A stretch of DNA of 64,000 bases from Actinomycetota bacterium. Its GTDB lineage: Bacteria > Actinomycetota > Acidimicrobiia > Acidimicrobiales > Ilumatobacteraceae. Every line of letters begins with the position of its first letter. Within the stretch, counting starts at the first letter, position 1. The notes beneath the pieces are model-generated. The model saw only the letters and a program-made list of their open reading frames with translations. It did not search any database and was not told where the DNA came from. The position numbers and the translations under genes were made by a program. This document shows, piece by piece, positions 41,497-52,107 of this stretch. The stretch spans positions 4,251 to 68,250 of the forward strand of contig JBJTCK010000105.1 of assembly GCA_046091825.1 (NCBI GenBank), written 5' to 3'.

Positions 41497-42640
41497 GGTA
41501 GTAGGACAGGTCGGGCCGACCCAACGGACGGAATGACGTGGTGCCGGGCCCGATCGGGGGCACCTCCCCCGTGCGTCCCTCCCGGACGTCCTCGACCGCG
41601 GCCCACACTGCCGACGTGACGGCCCGGCTCTTCGGTGCGAGGGACAGATGGACGACCGCGTGGGCCAGGTTGTGCAGGGCCTCGGGCATGCCGACCGTCT
41701 CCACTGCGGCCGCGGCGGCGGACGCCACAGGCAGCGCGAGAGGGTCCGCCGTGCCGATGTCCTCGCTCGCGAAGATCACGAGCCGGCGCGCGACGAACCG
41801 CGGGTCCTCGCCGCCCTCGACCATCCGCGCCAGCCAGTGGAGTGCCGCATCGACGTCGCCGGAGCGCATCGACTTGATGAACGGCGACGCGATGTCGTAG
41901 TGGGCGTCCCGGTCCAGCCTCTGCACGCTCGTGTCGAGGGCGGCGGCGGCCTCCTCCATCCCGACTGGACCCGACTCGGTGATCGCGCACGCGACCTCAA
42001 GGGCGGTGAGCGCCTGCCGTGCATCGCCCGCGCACCGGGCGGCGATGCGCTCCAGCACGCCGTCCCGTGCCGTCCTGCCCTCTGCCTCCAGGCCCCGGCG
42101 CATCACGGCGACGAGCGCGTCCTCCCCCACCGGGTTCAGCCGGAACACCGTTGACCTGCTGCGCAGCGCCGGGTTCACGGAGAACGAGGGGTTCTCGGTC
42201 GTCGCACCGACGATGGTCAGCAGGCCGCTCTCCACGGCGTGCAGGAGCGCATCCTGCTGGGTGGTGGAGAACCGGTGGATCTCGTCGATGAAGACGAGCG
42301 TGGAGCGTGCGTACTGGCCGATGCGGTCGTTGGCCCTCTCGATCACCTCGCGGATGTCCTTGACACCGGCGGTCACGGCCGACAGCCGCTCGAACTCGCG
42401 CTTCGTGGTCGATGCGATGATGCCGGCGATCGTCGTCTTGCCCGTGCCCGGCGGGCCCCACAGGATGACAGACGACAGCGCGTCCGCCTCGACCAGCCGC
42501 CGCAGGGGCCGGCCGGGTGCGGTCAGGTGCTCCTGGCCTGCCACCTCGTCCAGTGTGCGGGGCCGCAGGCGCGCCGCCAGCGGCGAACGCAAGGCGAGAC
42601 GCTCCCGTGCGGCGGCGGAGAACAGCGTGTCGTCGCCCAT
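41480..42640 (-). CDS. rarA: replication-associated recombination protein A (AAA+ ATPase)
   Basis: 386 aa with ILWGPPGTGKTT, LVFIDEIHRFSTTQQDALL and IVGATTENPSF. Confidence 0.92.
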   Translation of the reverse strand: MGDDTLFSAAARERLALRSPLAARLRPRTLDEVAGQEHLTAPGRPLRRLVEADALSSVILWGPPGTGKTTIAGIIASTTKREFERLSAVTAGVKDIREVIERANDRIGQYARSTLVFIDEIHRFSTTQQDALLHAVESGLLTIVGATTENPSFSVNPALRSRSTVFRLNPVGEDALVAVMRRGLEAEGRTARDGVLERIAARCAGDARQALTALEVACAITESGPVGMEEAAAALDTSVQRLDRDAHYDIASPFIKSMRSGDVDAALHWLARMVEGGEDPRFVARRLVIFASEDIGTADPLALPVASAAAAAVETVGMPEALHNLAHAVVHLSLAPKSRAVTSAVWAAVEDVREGRTGEVPPIGPGTTSFRPLGRPDLSYYREDDV

Positions 42641-42646
42641 CCGCGC

Positions 42647-44407
42647 CTACGAGGACGCGGGGGGCGGCAGGATCCGCAGCCCGAGTTCTGCGAGGTGCTT
42701 GGCGTCGACCGGGGTGGGGGCGTTCGTCAGCGGGTCGGCGCCGCTCTGCGTCTTCGGGAAGGCGATCACCTCGCGGATGTTCTCCTCCCCCGCGAGGATC
42801 GCGGTGAGCCTGTCCGTGCCGAAGGCAAAGCCACCGTGCGGGGGGGCGCCGAACCTGAAGGGCTGGAGGAAGAAGCCGAACTTGCGGTCTGCCTCCTCGT
42901 CGGAGATGCCGAGGTTGTTGAAGACCCGCCGCTGCAGTTCCGGCTCGTGGATGCGGATGGAGCCGGACCCGAGCTCCCAGCCGTTCAGGACGAGGTCGTA
43001 CGCGAGCGCGCGCACCTTCAGTGGCTCCGTCTCGAACAGCTCCAGGTCCTCGGGGTGAGGGTGGCAGAACGGGTGGTGGCCCGGGATCGGCTTGCCGGTC
43101 GTCTTGTCGAGACCGACGAAGAGCGGGAACTCGGTGACCCAGACGTAGCGGTACGGGCCCTCGAACACCGGTGGCCTTCCGATGTCGTTGCGCAGCTGGC
43201 CGAGCACCTCACAGGTCGTCGACCACTCATCGGCGACGATCAGCAAGAGGTCACCGTCCGCGGCGCCCATCGCCGCCACGAGTGACTCCTTCTCCGGGCC
43301 GGACAGGAACTTGGCGACGGGCGACTCCAGGTCTGCGCCGTTCACCTTGATCCACACCAGGCCCTTCGCCCCCGCCTTCTTGGCCCTGTCGGTGAGGGCA
43401 TCCAGCTTGTTGCGGCCGTAGGCAGCTGCCTCCGGGTACTCGGCCGCACGCACGCAGAGGCCCTTGATCGACTCCGCGCCGGCGAATGCCTTGAACTCGG
43501 TCCCGGCGAAGACGTGCGTCAGTTCCGTCAGCTCGAGACCGAACCGCAGGTCGGGCTTGTCCACCCCGAAACGCTCCATGGCCTGGCGCCAGGTGATGCG
43601 CTCGATCTCCGGGGGACGCTGGCCCGTCACAGCCTCGGCGGCCGCGACAACGGCCCGGCCGATGTAGTCGAGCACGTCGTCCTGGGACACGAACGACATC
43701 TCTGCGTCCAGCTGCATGAACTCGTACTGCCGGTCGGCGCGCAGGTCCTCGTCACGCAGGCACCGGGCGATCTGGTAGTACCTGTCGACACCGGAGACCA
43801 TCAGGAGCTGCTTCCACAGCTGCGGCGACTGCGGCAGGGCGAAGAACGAACCCGGCTCCTTTCGCGACGGCACCAGGAACTCGCGCGCGCCCTCCGGGGT
43901 GGACGGCATGAGAAACGGTGTCTCGACCTCGAGGAAGCCGTTCTTCTCCATCTCGCGCCGGATCGCGCTGTTGACCGCGGCCCGCACGCGGAGGTTGCGC
44001 TGCATCCGCTCGCGCCGGATGTCGATGTAACGGTGCTTCAGCCTGATCGCCTCGTCCACGTCGTCGGCTCGGGCGTCCACCGGGAACGGCGGCGGCTCGG
44101 CGACGTTGAGGATCTCGATCGTGCACTCGCCCACCTCGACCGCCCCGGTGGGGAGCGCGTCGTTCGACGTGCCCTCGGGCCGGGCACGGACGGTGCCCGT
44201 GATGCGCACGACGTACTCGCTGCGCACGTCGGCCCCGGTGTCGATGACGCACTGGATGATCCCCGTGTGGTCGCGCAGGTCGACGAACGCGAGGTGCTCG
44301 CCGTGCTCGCGGCGGCGCGCAACCCAGCCGCAGAGCGACACCTGGCTGCCGATGTCGCCCTGGCGGAGCTCGCCGCACATGTGGGTGCGCATCGCGGTGG
44401 GTGTCAT
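42647..44407 (-). CDS. aspS: aspartyl-tRNA synthetase
   Basis: 586 aa with an OB N-domain (LCGWVARRREHGEHLAFVDLRDHTG), and FYQIARCLRDEDLRADRQYEFMQLD-like and GGFAFGTDRL class II motifs. Confidence 0.96.
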   Translation of the reverse strand: MTPTAMRTHMCGELRQGDIGSQVSLCGWVARRREHGEHLAFVDLRDHTGIIQCVIDTGADVRSEYVVRITGTVRARPEGTSNDALPTGAVEVGECTIEILNVAEPPPFPVDARADDVDEAIRLKHRYIDIRRERMQRNLRVRAAVNSAIRREMEKNGFLEVETPFLMPSTPEGAREFLVPSRKEPGSFFALPQSPQLWKQLLMVSGVDRYYQIARCLRDEDLRADRQYEFMQLDAEMSFVSQDDVLDYIGRAVVAAAEAVTGQRPPEIERITWRQAMERFGVDKPDLRFGLELTELTHVFAGTEFKAFAGAESIKGLCVRAAEYPEAAAYGRNKLDALTDRAKKAGAKGLVWIKVNGADLESPVAKFLSGPEKESLVAAMGAADGDLLLIVADEWSTTCEVLGQLRNDIGRPPVFEGPYRYVWVTEFPLFVGLDKTTGKPIPGHHPFCHPHPEDLELFETEPLKVRALAYDLVLNGWELGSGSIRIHEPELQRRVFNNLGISDEEADRKFGFFLQPFRFGAPPHGGFAFGTDRLTAILAGEENIREVIAFPKTQSGADPLTNAPTPVDAKHLAELGLRILPPPASS

Positions 44408-45681
44408 TGTGGTCTCCTCCGGGGGGTGCGGGTGCCGAGTTCCGCGGCAACGTGGGCGACGAGACCCGACTGCGGGACCGACACCTGTTCCGAGGTGGCA
44501 AGGTTACGGACCGTGCAGGCGGAAGCAGCCGCCTCGTCGGCCCCGATGATCACCGCGAGCGCGGCGCCGCTGCGGTCGGCCGCTTTCATCTGCGACTTCA
44601 TGCTGCGCCCGTCGAACGCCCTGTCTGCGCTGTAGCCGGCGGAACGGAGCGCCTCGGCCAGCCTTGTGGCGGCGAGACCGTCAGTCACGTCGACGATGAA
44701 CGCATCGAGCGCGGGTGCACCGGCAGTGAACACACCCTCAGCGTCACAGGCGAGGAGCGTGCGGTCGACACCGATCGCGAACCCAACCCCGCCCGTGGCG
44801 GGCCCGCCCAGGTCCTCGACGAGCCCGTCGTAGCGGCCGCCGCCGCCGACGGCATTCTGCGCACCGTCGAGGGAGAGGGACACGAACTCGAACGTGGTGC
44901 GCCTGTAGTAGTCGAGCCCGCGGACGAGCATCTCGTTCACGCGGTACGGCACCCCGAGGGCATCGAGCCCGGCCAGGACTGCGGCGAAATGGGTGGCCGA
45001 CTCCGCCGAGAGGTGGGCAGAGATCCGCGGGGCGGCGGCGACGACAGGAGCGTCCTGCGGCCGCTTCGAGTCGAGGACCCTGAGCGGGTTCCTGTCGAGA
45101 GTGGCCGCGGACTCCTCTGACAGCTCGTCCCGGTGCGCCTCGAGATGGGCCCGGAGCGCCTCGATGTACGCGGCCCTCTCGTGGGCCTCGCCGAGGGAGT
45201 TGATGACGAGCTCGACCCTGGACAGGCCGAGCCGTGCGAAGAACTGCCAGCCGAGTGAGATCACCTCGGCATCGAGGAGCGCGTCGTCGCTACCGAGCAC
45301 CTCCACACCAACCTGGTCGAACTGTCGGTACCGCCCCGCCTGGGGCTTCTCGTACCTGAAATTGGGCCCCGAGTACCACACCTTCCACGGGGTGACCGGG
45401 CGGTGCTGGGCGAAGGCCCTGCACACACCCGCAGTCTGTTCCGGCCTCAGCGCGATGTGACGGTCGCCCTTGTCGACGAAGTCGTACATCTCCTTCGTCA
45501 CGATGTCCGTGGCATCGCCCAGCCGCAGGAACACACCGAGGTCCTCGAACATCGGCGGGATGATGCACTCGTACCCTGCGGACTCGACCGTGTCGGCGAA
45601 GACGTCCGAGAACGCACGCCAGCGCCCGGCATGGGGCGGCAGGATGTCGCGGGTACCCGGGCTGGTCTGGAAACTCGCCAC
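44404..45681 (-). CDS. hisS: histidyl-tRNA synthetase
   Basis: Trimmed from ORF 44404..46107 to GTG 45679-45681 (VASFQTSPGTRDILP..). Has ALRPEQTAGVCRA, YSGPNFRYEKPQAGRYRQF and GGGGRYDGL. Confidence 0.93.
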   Translation of the reverse strand: MASFQTSPGTRDILPPHAGRWRAFSDVFADTVESAGYECIIPPMFEDLGVFLRLGDATDIVTKEMYDFVDKGDRHIALRPEQTAGVCRAFAQHRPVTPWKVWYSGPNFRYEKPQAGRYRQFDQVGVEVLGSDDALLDAEVISLGWQFFARLGLSRVELVINSLGEAHERAAYIEALRAHLEAHRDELSEESAATLDRNPLRVLDSKRPQDAPVVAAAPRISAHLSAESATHFAAVLAGLDALGVPYRVNEMLVRGLDYYRRTTFEFVSLSLDGAQNAVGGGGRYDGLVEDLGGPATGGVGFAIGVDRTLLACDAEGVFTAGAPALDAFIVDVTDGLAATRLAEALRSAGYSADRAFDGRSMKSQMKAADRSGAALAVIIGADEAAASACTVRNLATSEQVSVPQSGLVAHVAAELGTRTPRRRPQ

Positions 45682-45692
45682 GACAGCGAAGG

Positions 45693-47912
45693 CTAGTCCG
45701 CGGCGCCGCCGGGCACGATGCGATATGCGTCGTACACGGCGTCGATGCCCTTGATCATCCGCAGGACGGCATCCAGGTGGTTGGGGTCGCCGAGTTCGAA
45801 CTCGAAACGCATCTTGGCCACGCGGTCCTGGCCGGTGTGGGTGCTGCAGGCGACAATGTTCACGTGCTGCACCGAGAGCGCGTTCGCCACGTCGCGTAGC
45901 AACCTGCTGCGGTCGAGTGCCACGACCTCCACCCCGGCCCTGAAGACGGCGCCGGGCGTGGCCCCTGACCACTCCACCTCGATGAGGCGGGCGGGCTCGT
46001 CCCCGGCGAGGGTCATGGCATTGGCACAGTCGGTGCGGTGCACGCTGACGCCCCGGCCCTTGGTGACGAAACCGATGATGTCGTCGCCCGGAACAGGCGT
46101 GCAGCACCTGGACAGACGCACGAGCACGTCATCGAGACCCTCGACATGGATCCCCGTGGTGGAGCGCGGGATGCCGTCGGTGCGGTCGGCACGCATCGGC
46201 ATCGCCAGTTGCTCGTCACTGGACTCGTTGCGCACCGCCCGTCCGATCCGCTGGGCGAAACCCCGCGCGGACACCTGGCCCTCCCCGATGGCGGCGAGGA
46301 GCGAGTCAACATCGGTGAAGTTGAGGGCCTCCAACTCCTCGATGAACGCATCAGCAGACCAGATGCGCTGCACGGGGAGCCCCTCGCGCCGCAGCTCAGC
46401 GGCGAGCTCCTCGCGGCCCGCTTCCACCATGTCCTCGCGGCGCTCCCGCGAGAACCACTGCTTGATCTTGTTCCTGGCCCGCGGCGACTGCACGAACCCC
46501 AGCCAGTCGCGTGACGGTCCGGCGTCCTCGACCTTCGACGTGAATATCTCGCACGTGTCGCCGGACGACAGCGACGAGTCGAGGGACACCAGCCTGCCGT
46601 TCACCCTCGCACCGATGCAGGAGTGGCCCACCTCGGTGTGGACCGCGTACGCAAAGTCGACGGGGGTCGAGTTCACGGGCAGGGTGATGACCCGGCCCTT
46701 CGGGGTGAAGACGAAGACCTCCTCCTGCTCGAGGTCGGTCTTCAGGTCGGCCATGAACTCGTCGGGGTCGAGGATCTCCGACTGCCAGTCGATGATCCTG
46801 TTCAGCCAGTCCAGGTCGTTCGCATCGGTGCCGTGCTTGTAGCCGAAGTGCGCGGCCACGCCGAACTCCGCCTGCTCGTGCATCTCCCTCGTGCGGATCT
46901 GCACCTCCAGCGGTTTCCCGCCGGGCCCAATGACGGTGGTGTGGAGCGACTGGTACCGGTTGAACTTCGGCATCGCGATGTAGTCCTTGAAGCGGCCCAC
47001 GACCGGCCGCCACTTCCCGTGGATGCACCCGAGCGCCCCGTAGCAGTCACGGACGTTGTCCACGATGATGCGGATCGCGTTCAGGTCGAAGATCTCGTCG
47101 AAGTCGCGGTCCTTCTGGACCATCTTCTCGTAGATGCTCCACAGGTGCTTCCCCCGCCCGGTGACCTCCCCCACGATGTTCGCCTCCGCGAGGCGGCCCT
47201 GCACCTCGGCGATCGCCTTTGCCAGGTAGACGTCGCGCTCCGGGGTCCGGCTGGAGACGAGGTGGTCCAGTTCTGCGAACCGCTTCGGGTAGAGAGCCGA
47301 GAAGGCGAGGTCCTCCAGTTGCTGCTTCATGTCCTGCATGCCCAGGCGGTGCGCGAGCGGTGCGTAGATGTCGAGAGTCTCCTGGGCGACCCGCTGCTGC
47401 TTCTCGATGGGCATCCCGGCGAGGGTCCGCATGTTGTGGAGCCGGTCGGCAAGCTTGATGACGAGCACGCGGATGTCGCGGGCGATGGCCACCAGCATCT
47501 TGCGCATCGTCGCCGCCTGCTGCTCCTCGCGCGAGTCGAACTGGAGCCGTTCCAGTTTCGTGACGCCATCGACAATCTCGGCGACCTCGTCGCCGAAGTC
47601 GCGCTGCACGTCCGCGAGGGTGATCTCGGTGTCCTCTACCGCGTCATGGAGGAGCGCCGCGGCGAGCGAGACCTCGTCCAGGCCAATATCGGCCACGATC
47701 CTGGCGACAGCAATCGGGTGGTTGATGTAGGCCTCCCCGGAGGACCGCATCTGGTTCTGGTGGGCCCGGCGCGCGGTCTCGTAGGCCCTGTTGACGAGGG
47801 CGACCGGCTGGCGCGGGTGGCGCCTGCGGTACGAGCTGAGCAGTGGGGCGAGTTCCTCGATGGGCGCGCTGTGGTGCCTTCGCCACGGGAGGACGCGGTC
47901 GGCTGTGCCCAT
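45693..47912 (-). CDS. relA: bifunctional (p)ppGpp synthetase/hydrolase Rel
   Basis: 739 aa with an HD domain (HPIAVARIVADIGLD..LLHDAVEDT), a synthetase region (YIAMPKFNRYQSLHTTV), and TGS and ACT-like regions. Confidence 0.95.
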   Translation of the reverse strand: MGTADRVLPWRRHHSAPIEELAPLLSSYRRRHPRQPVALVNRAYETARRAHQNQMRSSGEAYINHPIAVARIVADIGLDEVSLAAALLHDAVEDTEITLADVQRDFGDEVAEIVDGVTKLERLQFDSREEQQAATMRKMLVAIARDIRVLVIKLADRLHNMRTLAGMPIEKQQRVAQETLDIYAPLAHRLGMQDMKQQLEDLAFSALYPKRFAELDHLVSSRTPERDVYLAKAIAEVQGRLAEANIVGEVTGRGKHLWSIYEKMVQKDRDFDEIFDLNAIRIIVDNVRDCYGALGCIHGKWRPVVGRFKDYIAMPKFNRYQSLHTTVIGPGGKPLEVQIRTREMHEQAEFGVAAHFGYKHGTDANDLDWLNRIIDWQSEILDPDEFMADLKTDLEQEEVFVFTPKGRVITLPVNSTPVDFAYAVHTEVGHSCIGARVNGRLVSLDSSLSSGDTCEIFTSKVEDAGPSRDWLGFVQSPRARNKIKQWFSRERREDMVEAGREELAAELRREGLPVQRIWSADAFIEELEALNFTDVDSLLAAIGEGQVSARGFAQRIGRAVRNESSDEQLAMPMRADRTDGIPRSTTGIHVEGLDDVLVRLSRCCTPVPGDDIIGFVTKGRGVSVHRTDCANAMTLAGDEPARLIEVEWSGATPGAVFRAGVEVVALDRSRLLRDVANALSVQHVNIVACSTHTGQDRVAKMRFEFELGDPNHLDAVLRMIKGIDAVYDAYRIVPGGAAD

Positions 47913-47921
47913 GAGTGAAGA

Positions 47922-49043
47922 TTAGCGACGGGCCTTCTTCCGCGGGCGCGGGGGGTGGCTCAGCACCGACTCGGCCACGGCGGCAGCCGCCTCCGGTGAT
48001 GCCTCGGGGTCGGCGACCGTGGTGACAACGGCTCCCCTCCGGCTGGCCGGCGCGCCCGTGGCCATGAGATGGGCCATCTCTGCGCCGGTCGACAGGTGCG
48101 ACCGGTACGGCGCGTACCTGGGGTCGCGGTTCTTCAGCAGGCCGAGCAACGGCGAGGCGATGAAGATCGATGAGTAGGCACCGGTGGCGAGGCCGACGAG
48201 GAGCGCGAGGGCGAACTCGCGCAGGGCGACAGCACCGAAGACGCCGGATCCGAGAACGAGCAGGCTGAACACGGGGAGGACCGCAGCGATGCTGGTGTTC
48301 AGCGATCGCATGAGCACCTGGTTCATCGACACGTTGATGACGTCCCCGGACGACACCCTCGCGCCGGAGAAGCGGGCCGAGTTCTCGTGCACCTTGTCGA
48401 ACACCACGATCGTGTCGTAGAGGGAGAACCCGAGGATGGTGAGGAACGCCACGACCGTGGCCGGGGTGACCTCGAGGCCGAGCACCGAGTACACGCCGAC
48501 ACTGATGCCGACGTCGTGCACCATGGCCGCGATCGCGGAGAGCGCCATTCCCCACTCGAACCGCCACGAGATGAAGACCGACACGAAGAGCATGAAGACG
48601 AGGAGCGCCCTGACGGCCTTGTTGGTGATGCTGCGGCCCCACGTGGAACTGACGGTGGCGACACTCACGCTGTCCTGGCCAGAGCCGGCTTTTGCCGCCA
48701 GCTTGTCCTGGACGTCCTTCTGCACGGCCTCGGTCTGCTCGCCGGCCTGGATGCGAAGGCGCTGGTCCGTGCCGGAGCTCAGAACCTGGAACTTGGCCGA
48801 GGCCTCCTCGACGCCCGCCTCCTTCAGCACCTCCCGCGCAGTCTCGATGGTGAGCTGCCCGCTGACGGGCGCCTCCCATGCCACTCCGCCCTTGAAGTCA
48901 ATGCCCAGGTTCAGCCCCTGGAGGAAGAGCGACACGACGGTCACGACCAGGAGCACCCCGGAGAAGACGAAGCCGTACCGGCGGCGACCGTAGAAATCGA
49001 CCGTGGTCTCGCCGCGGTACAGGCGTTGCCAGCGTCCGGCCAT
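47922..49043 (-). CDS. secF: protein translocase subunit SecF
   Basis: Trimmed to ATG 49041-49043 (MAGRWQRLYRGETTVDFYGRRRYGF..). The start shares 1 nt with the secD stop (TGATG). Confidence 0.93.
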   Translation of the reverse strand: MAGRWQRLYRGETTVDFYGRRRYGFVFSGVLLVVTVVSLFLQGLNLGIDFKGGVAWEAPVSGQLTIETAREVLKEAGVEEASAKFQVLSSGTDQRLRIQAGEQTEAVQKDVQDKLAAKAGSGQDSVSVATVSSTWGRSITNKAVRALLVFMLFVSVFISWRFEWGMALSAIAAMVHDVGISVGVYSVLGLEVTPATVVAFLTILGFSLYDTIVVFDKVHENSARFSGARVSSGDVINVSMNQVLMRSLNTSIAAVLPVFSLLVLGSGVFGAVALREFALALLVGLATGAYSSIFIASPLLGLLKNRDPRYAPYRSHLSTGAEMAHLMATGAPASRRGAVVTTVADPEASPEAAAAVAESVLSHPPRPRKKARR

Positions 49044-50629
49044 CAGTTCACCTCCGCTGCGGTGACGGCAGGGCGCACGCCGAGGACGCGGCCCTTGTTC
49101 ATGAGTCTCGTGCGGGCCAGGAGAAGGACCGTGGGCCGCGTGAAGAAGTAGGACACGACCATGTCGGAGATCGTGGAGAGGGCCAGGAAGAACGCGAAAC
49201 CGCGGACCGACCCGACAGTCAGCCACCACAGGACGACCGCACCGAGGAGCGAGACTGTGTCGGCGGCGAGGATGGTGCGCCAGGCGCTCTCGAACCCGCG
49301 GGCTGCGGAGTTCCGCAGGGTGCGGCCGCTCTGCACGTCGTCCTTCAGGCGCTCGAAGAACACCACGTACGAGTCGACGGTGACGCCGATGGAGACGATG
49401 ATGCCCGCCGCGCCGGACAGCGTGAGCGCGAGCCCGTTCGTCTTGGAGAGCCACGAGATGACGCTCCACAGGAGCATACCCGACACGCCCAGGCCGGCGA
49501 CCACCACGAGGGCGATCAACCGGTAGTAGAAGACGAGGAATGCGAGCACGAGGAGCACGCCGAGGAGACCCGAGACGATCGCCGCATTGAGGGAGTCCTT
49601 GCCGAGCGTGGCGGACACGGTCTGCACCGTGGGCGCGTCGAACTTGACGGGGACCGCACCGAACTGCAGGATCTTCGCGAGGTCACGGGCCTCCTTCTCG
49701 GTGAAGTCCCCCGTGATCTGCACAGACCCGTTGAAGTCGGGGGTCTGCACGACCGGGGCCGAGATGACCTTGCCGTCGAGGATGATCGCCACCTGCTTGG
49801 TGGGGCACTCCGCACCCCCATCGAAGCACTTCTTGGCGAGCGCGTTCCACACGTCCTCGCCGTCCGCGCCGCCGCGCAGGTTGACGCTGACTGCCCAACC
49901 GCCCTGGGAGATGTCCGCCGTTGCTTCCTTCTCGAACACCTCGCCGTTCGCCGCGACCGGGCCGACCAGGTAGACCATGTTCCCCTTGGCCGCCGGGAGC
50001 ACGTCCTGGCCGGGCTGCAGTCCGGTGCCGTCCCCAGCAGCGTCGCCCGCTGAATCGTCTGAGGCATCGTCCGTCTGCGCGGGAACGGTTGTCGTCGCGT
50101 CGCCCGCCTGCGCGGGAACGGTTGTCGAGGTGTCGGCTGCGGGTGCACCGCGCGAGCTGCCGAGCCCGCCCGAGGGTGCCGCGAGAGTGGTGTCTGGCGA
50201 TGCTGGCACCGTGGTGCCTGCCGTGCCTGCGACGGTGGTGGTCGTTGCCCCAGCAACGGTGGTCGTCGACGAGGGGTTGTTCTCGGCCTGGCCGAGCACG
50301 GGGCGGAGCTGCACCTCGCCGGTGCGCCCGACCAGCTCCAGGGCGCGCTGCTGGTCCTTCACACCGGGCAGGTTGACGACCACGGTGGAGCCCTGGCGGA
50401 TGATCTCGGGCTCGGCCACGCCGATCGAGTCGACCCTCTGCCTGATGACCTCGACGGCCACGCCGATGGCTGCCTCGTCGTACTCACCGTCGGGAATCAG
50501 CGTGACCGATGCACCGCCCTGGAGGTCGAGACCGAGCGACGGTGAGTTGCCGGCGATGAGGTTGCCCGCGAAGAGCCCTCCCGTGACGAGCACGGTGAGG
50601 ACGAGCGTGACGACGAGCCGGCGGGGCAT
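49043..50629 (-). CDS. secD: protein translocase subunit SecD
   Basis: 528 aa with SLGLDLQGGASVTL, LQFGAVPVKF and a C-terminal RND-like TM bundle. Carries a Thr-rich periplasmic linker insert. Confidence 0.94.
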   Translation of the reverse strand: MPRRLVVTLVLTVLVTGGLFAGNLIAGNSPSLGLDLQGGASVTLIPDGEYDEAAIGVAVEVIRQRVDSIGVAEPEIIRQGSTVVVNLPGVKDQQRALELVGRTGEVQLRPVLGQAENNPSSTTTVAGATTTTVAGTAGTTVPASPDTTLAAPSGGLGSSRGAPAADTSTTVPAQAGDATTTVPAQTDDASDDSAGDAAGDGTGLQPGQDVLPAAKGNMVYLVGPVAANGEVFEKEATADISQGGWAVSVNLRGGADGEDVWNALAKKCFDGGAECPTKQVAIILDGKVISAPVVQTPDFNGSVQITGDFTEKEARDLAKILQFGAVPVKFDAPTVQTVSATLGKDSLNAAIVSGLLGVLLVLAFLVFYYRLIALVVVAGLGVSGMLLWSVISWLSKTNGLALTLSGAAGIIVSIGVTVDSYVVFFERLKDDVQSGRTLRNSAARGFESAWRTILAADTVSLLGAVVLWWLTVGSVRGFAFFLALSTISDMVVSYFFTRPTVLLLARTRLMNKGRVLGVRPAVTAAEVN

Positions 50630-50634
50630 GGGAC

Positions 50635-50970
50635 CTACTTGGTCTCGGCGGGCTGGGTCTTGCGTGCGACCGCACCCCGGGAGACCCGGATCTCGATTCG
50701 CTCGCTCCCGTGGCCGTCAGCGATGTCGAGCCACACGATGTCGCCCTCGATCATGGAGATGAAGCCGTAGATGCCCGAGTTGAGCACGACCTCGTCGTTC
50801 ACGGCGAGGCTCGACTGGAGTGACTGGGTCTCCTTCATGCGCTTGCGCTGGGGGCGCAGCAGCAGGAAGTACATGCCGGCGAAGATCGCCCCGAAGAAGA
50901 CGAGCTGGAAGACGGCGCTGCCCCCGCTCGAGCTACTGGTGGAGGTCTCTGCGGCAAGTGAGGAAATCAC
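50635..50970 (-). CDS. yajC: preprotein translocase subunit YajC
   Basis: 111 aa with FAGMYFLLLRPQRKRMKE and VVLNSGIYG. GTG start, with TAGGCT 8 nt upstream (plus 50979-50984). Confidence 0.9.
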   Translation of the reverse strand: MISSLAAETSTSSSSGGSAVFQLVFFGAIFAGMYFLLLRPQRKRMKETQSLQSSLAVNDEVVLNSGIYGFISMIEGDIVWLDIADGHGSERIEIRVSRGAVARKTQPAETK

Positions 50971-51009
50971 GGAGTCCGAGCCTAGCGACTCGGCCCGTGG
51001 CGACCCCTC

Positions 51010-52107
51010 TCAGCCCCAGACCCCCAGGATGTCGCGGCGCAGGGTCCCGAACGTCCCGTCAGCAATGGCCGCCCGGATCGCGTCCATCAGCTGGAGAGTC
51101 CACGAGATGTTGTGGATGGAGACGAGCCGGGATGCCGTGGGCTCCCCTGCCTGCATGAGATGGCGGACGTAACCGCGCGAGTGCCTCTCACAGACCCAGC
51201 AGGAGCACGACGGGTCGAGGGGCGAGTCGTCGAGGGCGAACCGGGCGTTCTTCACGTGGAGCTTGCCCCCGGAGGTGAGTGCGGTCCCGTGCCTGCCGAG
51301 CCTCGTCTGCAGGACGCAGTCGAACTGGTCCACCCCGAGCGCGACCGCCTCAACGATGGACGCAGGGTCACCGACGCCCATCAGGTACCTCGGCCGGTCG
51401 GCAGGAAGATGCTCGATCGCGGCGGCGAGTGCGGGCAGCATCTCCTCACGGGTCTCCCCGACAGACAGCCCGCCTATCGCGTACCCGTCGAAGCCCACGT
51501 CCACCGTCCGCCGCGCACTCTCGCGGCGCATCGCCTCGTGGATGCCGCCCTGCACGATCCCGAACAACGACTGGTCGGCACGGGTGTGGGCCGCTCTCGC
51601 GCGGATGGCCCACGCATGGGTCCGCTCGAGTGCCAGCCGGATCTCGGCATCGGTGGCCGGCAGTGACGTGCAGACATCGAGCACCATCTGGATGTCTGCA
51701 CCGATCCGCTGCTGCACGTCCACGGCGGCCTCCGGGCTGAACCGGTGCATGGAACCGTCGTAGGTGGACTTGAAGGTGACGCCGTCGTCATCGACTTTCG
51801 GGTCGAGCGAGAAGACCTGGAATCCGCCTGAGTCTGTGAGCGTGAGGCCGTCCCAGCCGGCGAACCTGCCGAGGCCGCCGAAGCGCTCGATGACGTCGGC
51901 GCCGGGCCGGAGCATGAGGTGGTACGTGTTGCCGAGGACGATGCGGGCCCCGAGCGCGGCGTAGTCATCGGCACTCAGGTACTTGACCGCGCCGCGCGTG
52001 CCCACGGGCATGAAACACGGGGTCTCGTAACTGCCGCGGGCCGTCACGGCGGTCCCCGCGCGGGCCGCGCCGGCGGTGGCGGACTGGACGTGGTTGACCG
52101 CGAACAT
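51010..52107 (-). CDS. tgt: tRNA-guanine transglycosylase (queuine tRNA-ribosyltransferase)
   Basis: 365 aa with TPCFMPVGTRGAVK, LTDSGGFQVFSL, GYAIGGLSVGE and the zinc site CSCWVC..H. Confidence 0.95.
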   Translation of the reverse strand: MFAVNHVQSATAGAARAGTAVTARGSYETPCFMPVGTRGAVKYLSADDYAALGARIVLGNTYHLMLRPGADVIERFGGLGRFAGWDGLTLTDSGGFQVFSLDPKVDDDGVTFKSTYDGSMHRFSPEAAVDVQQRIGADIQMVLDVCTSLPATDAEIRLALERTHAWAIRARAAHTRADQSLFGIVQGGIHEAMRRESARRTVDVGFDGYAIGGLSVGETREEMLPALAAAIEHLPADRPRYLMGVGDPASIVEAVALGVDQFDCVLQTRLGRHGTALTSGGKLHVKNARFALDDSPLDPSCSCWVCERHSRGYVRHLMQAGEPTASRLVSIHNISWTLQLMDAIRAAIADGTFGTLRRDILGVWG

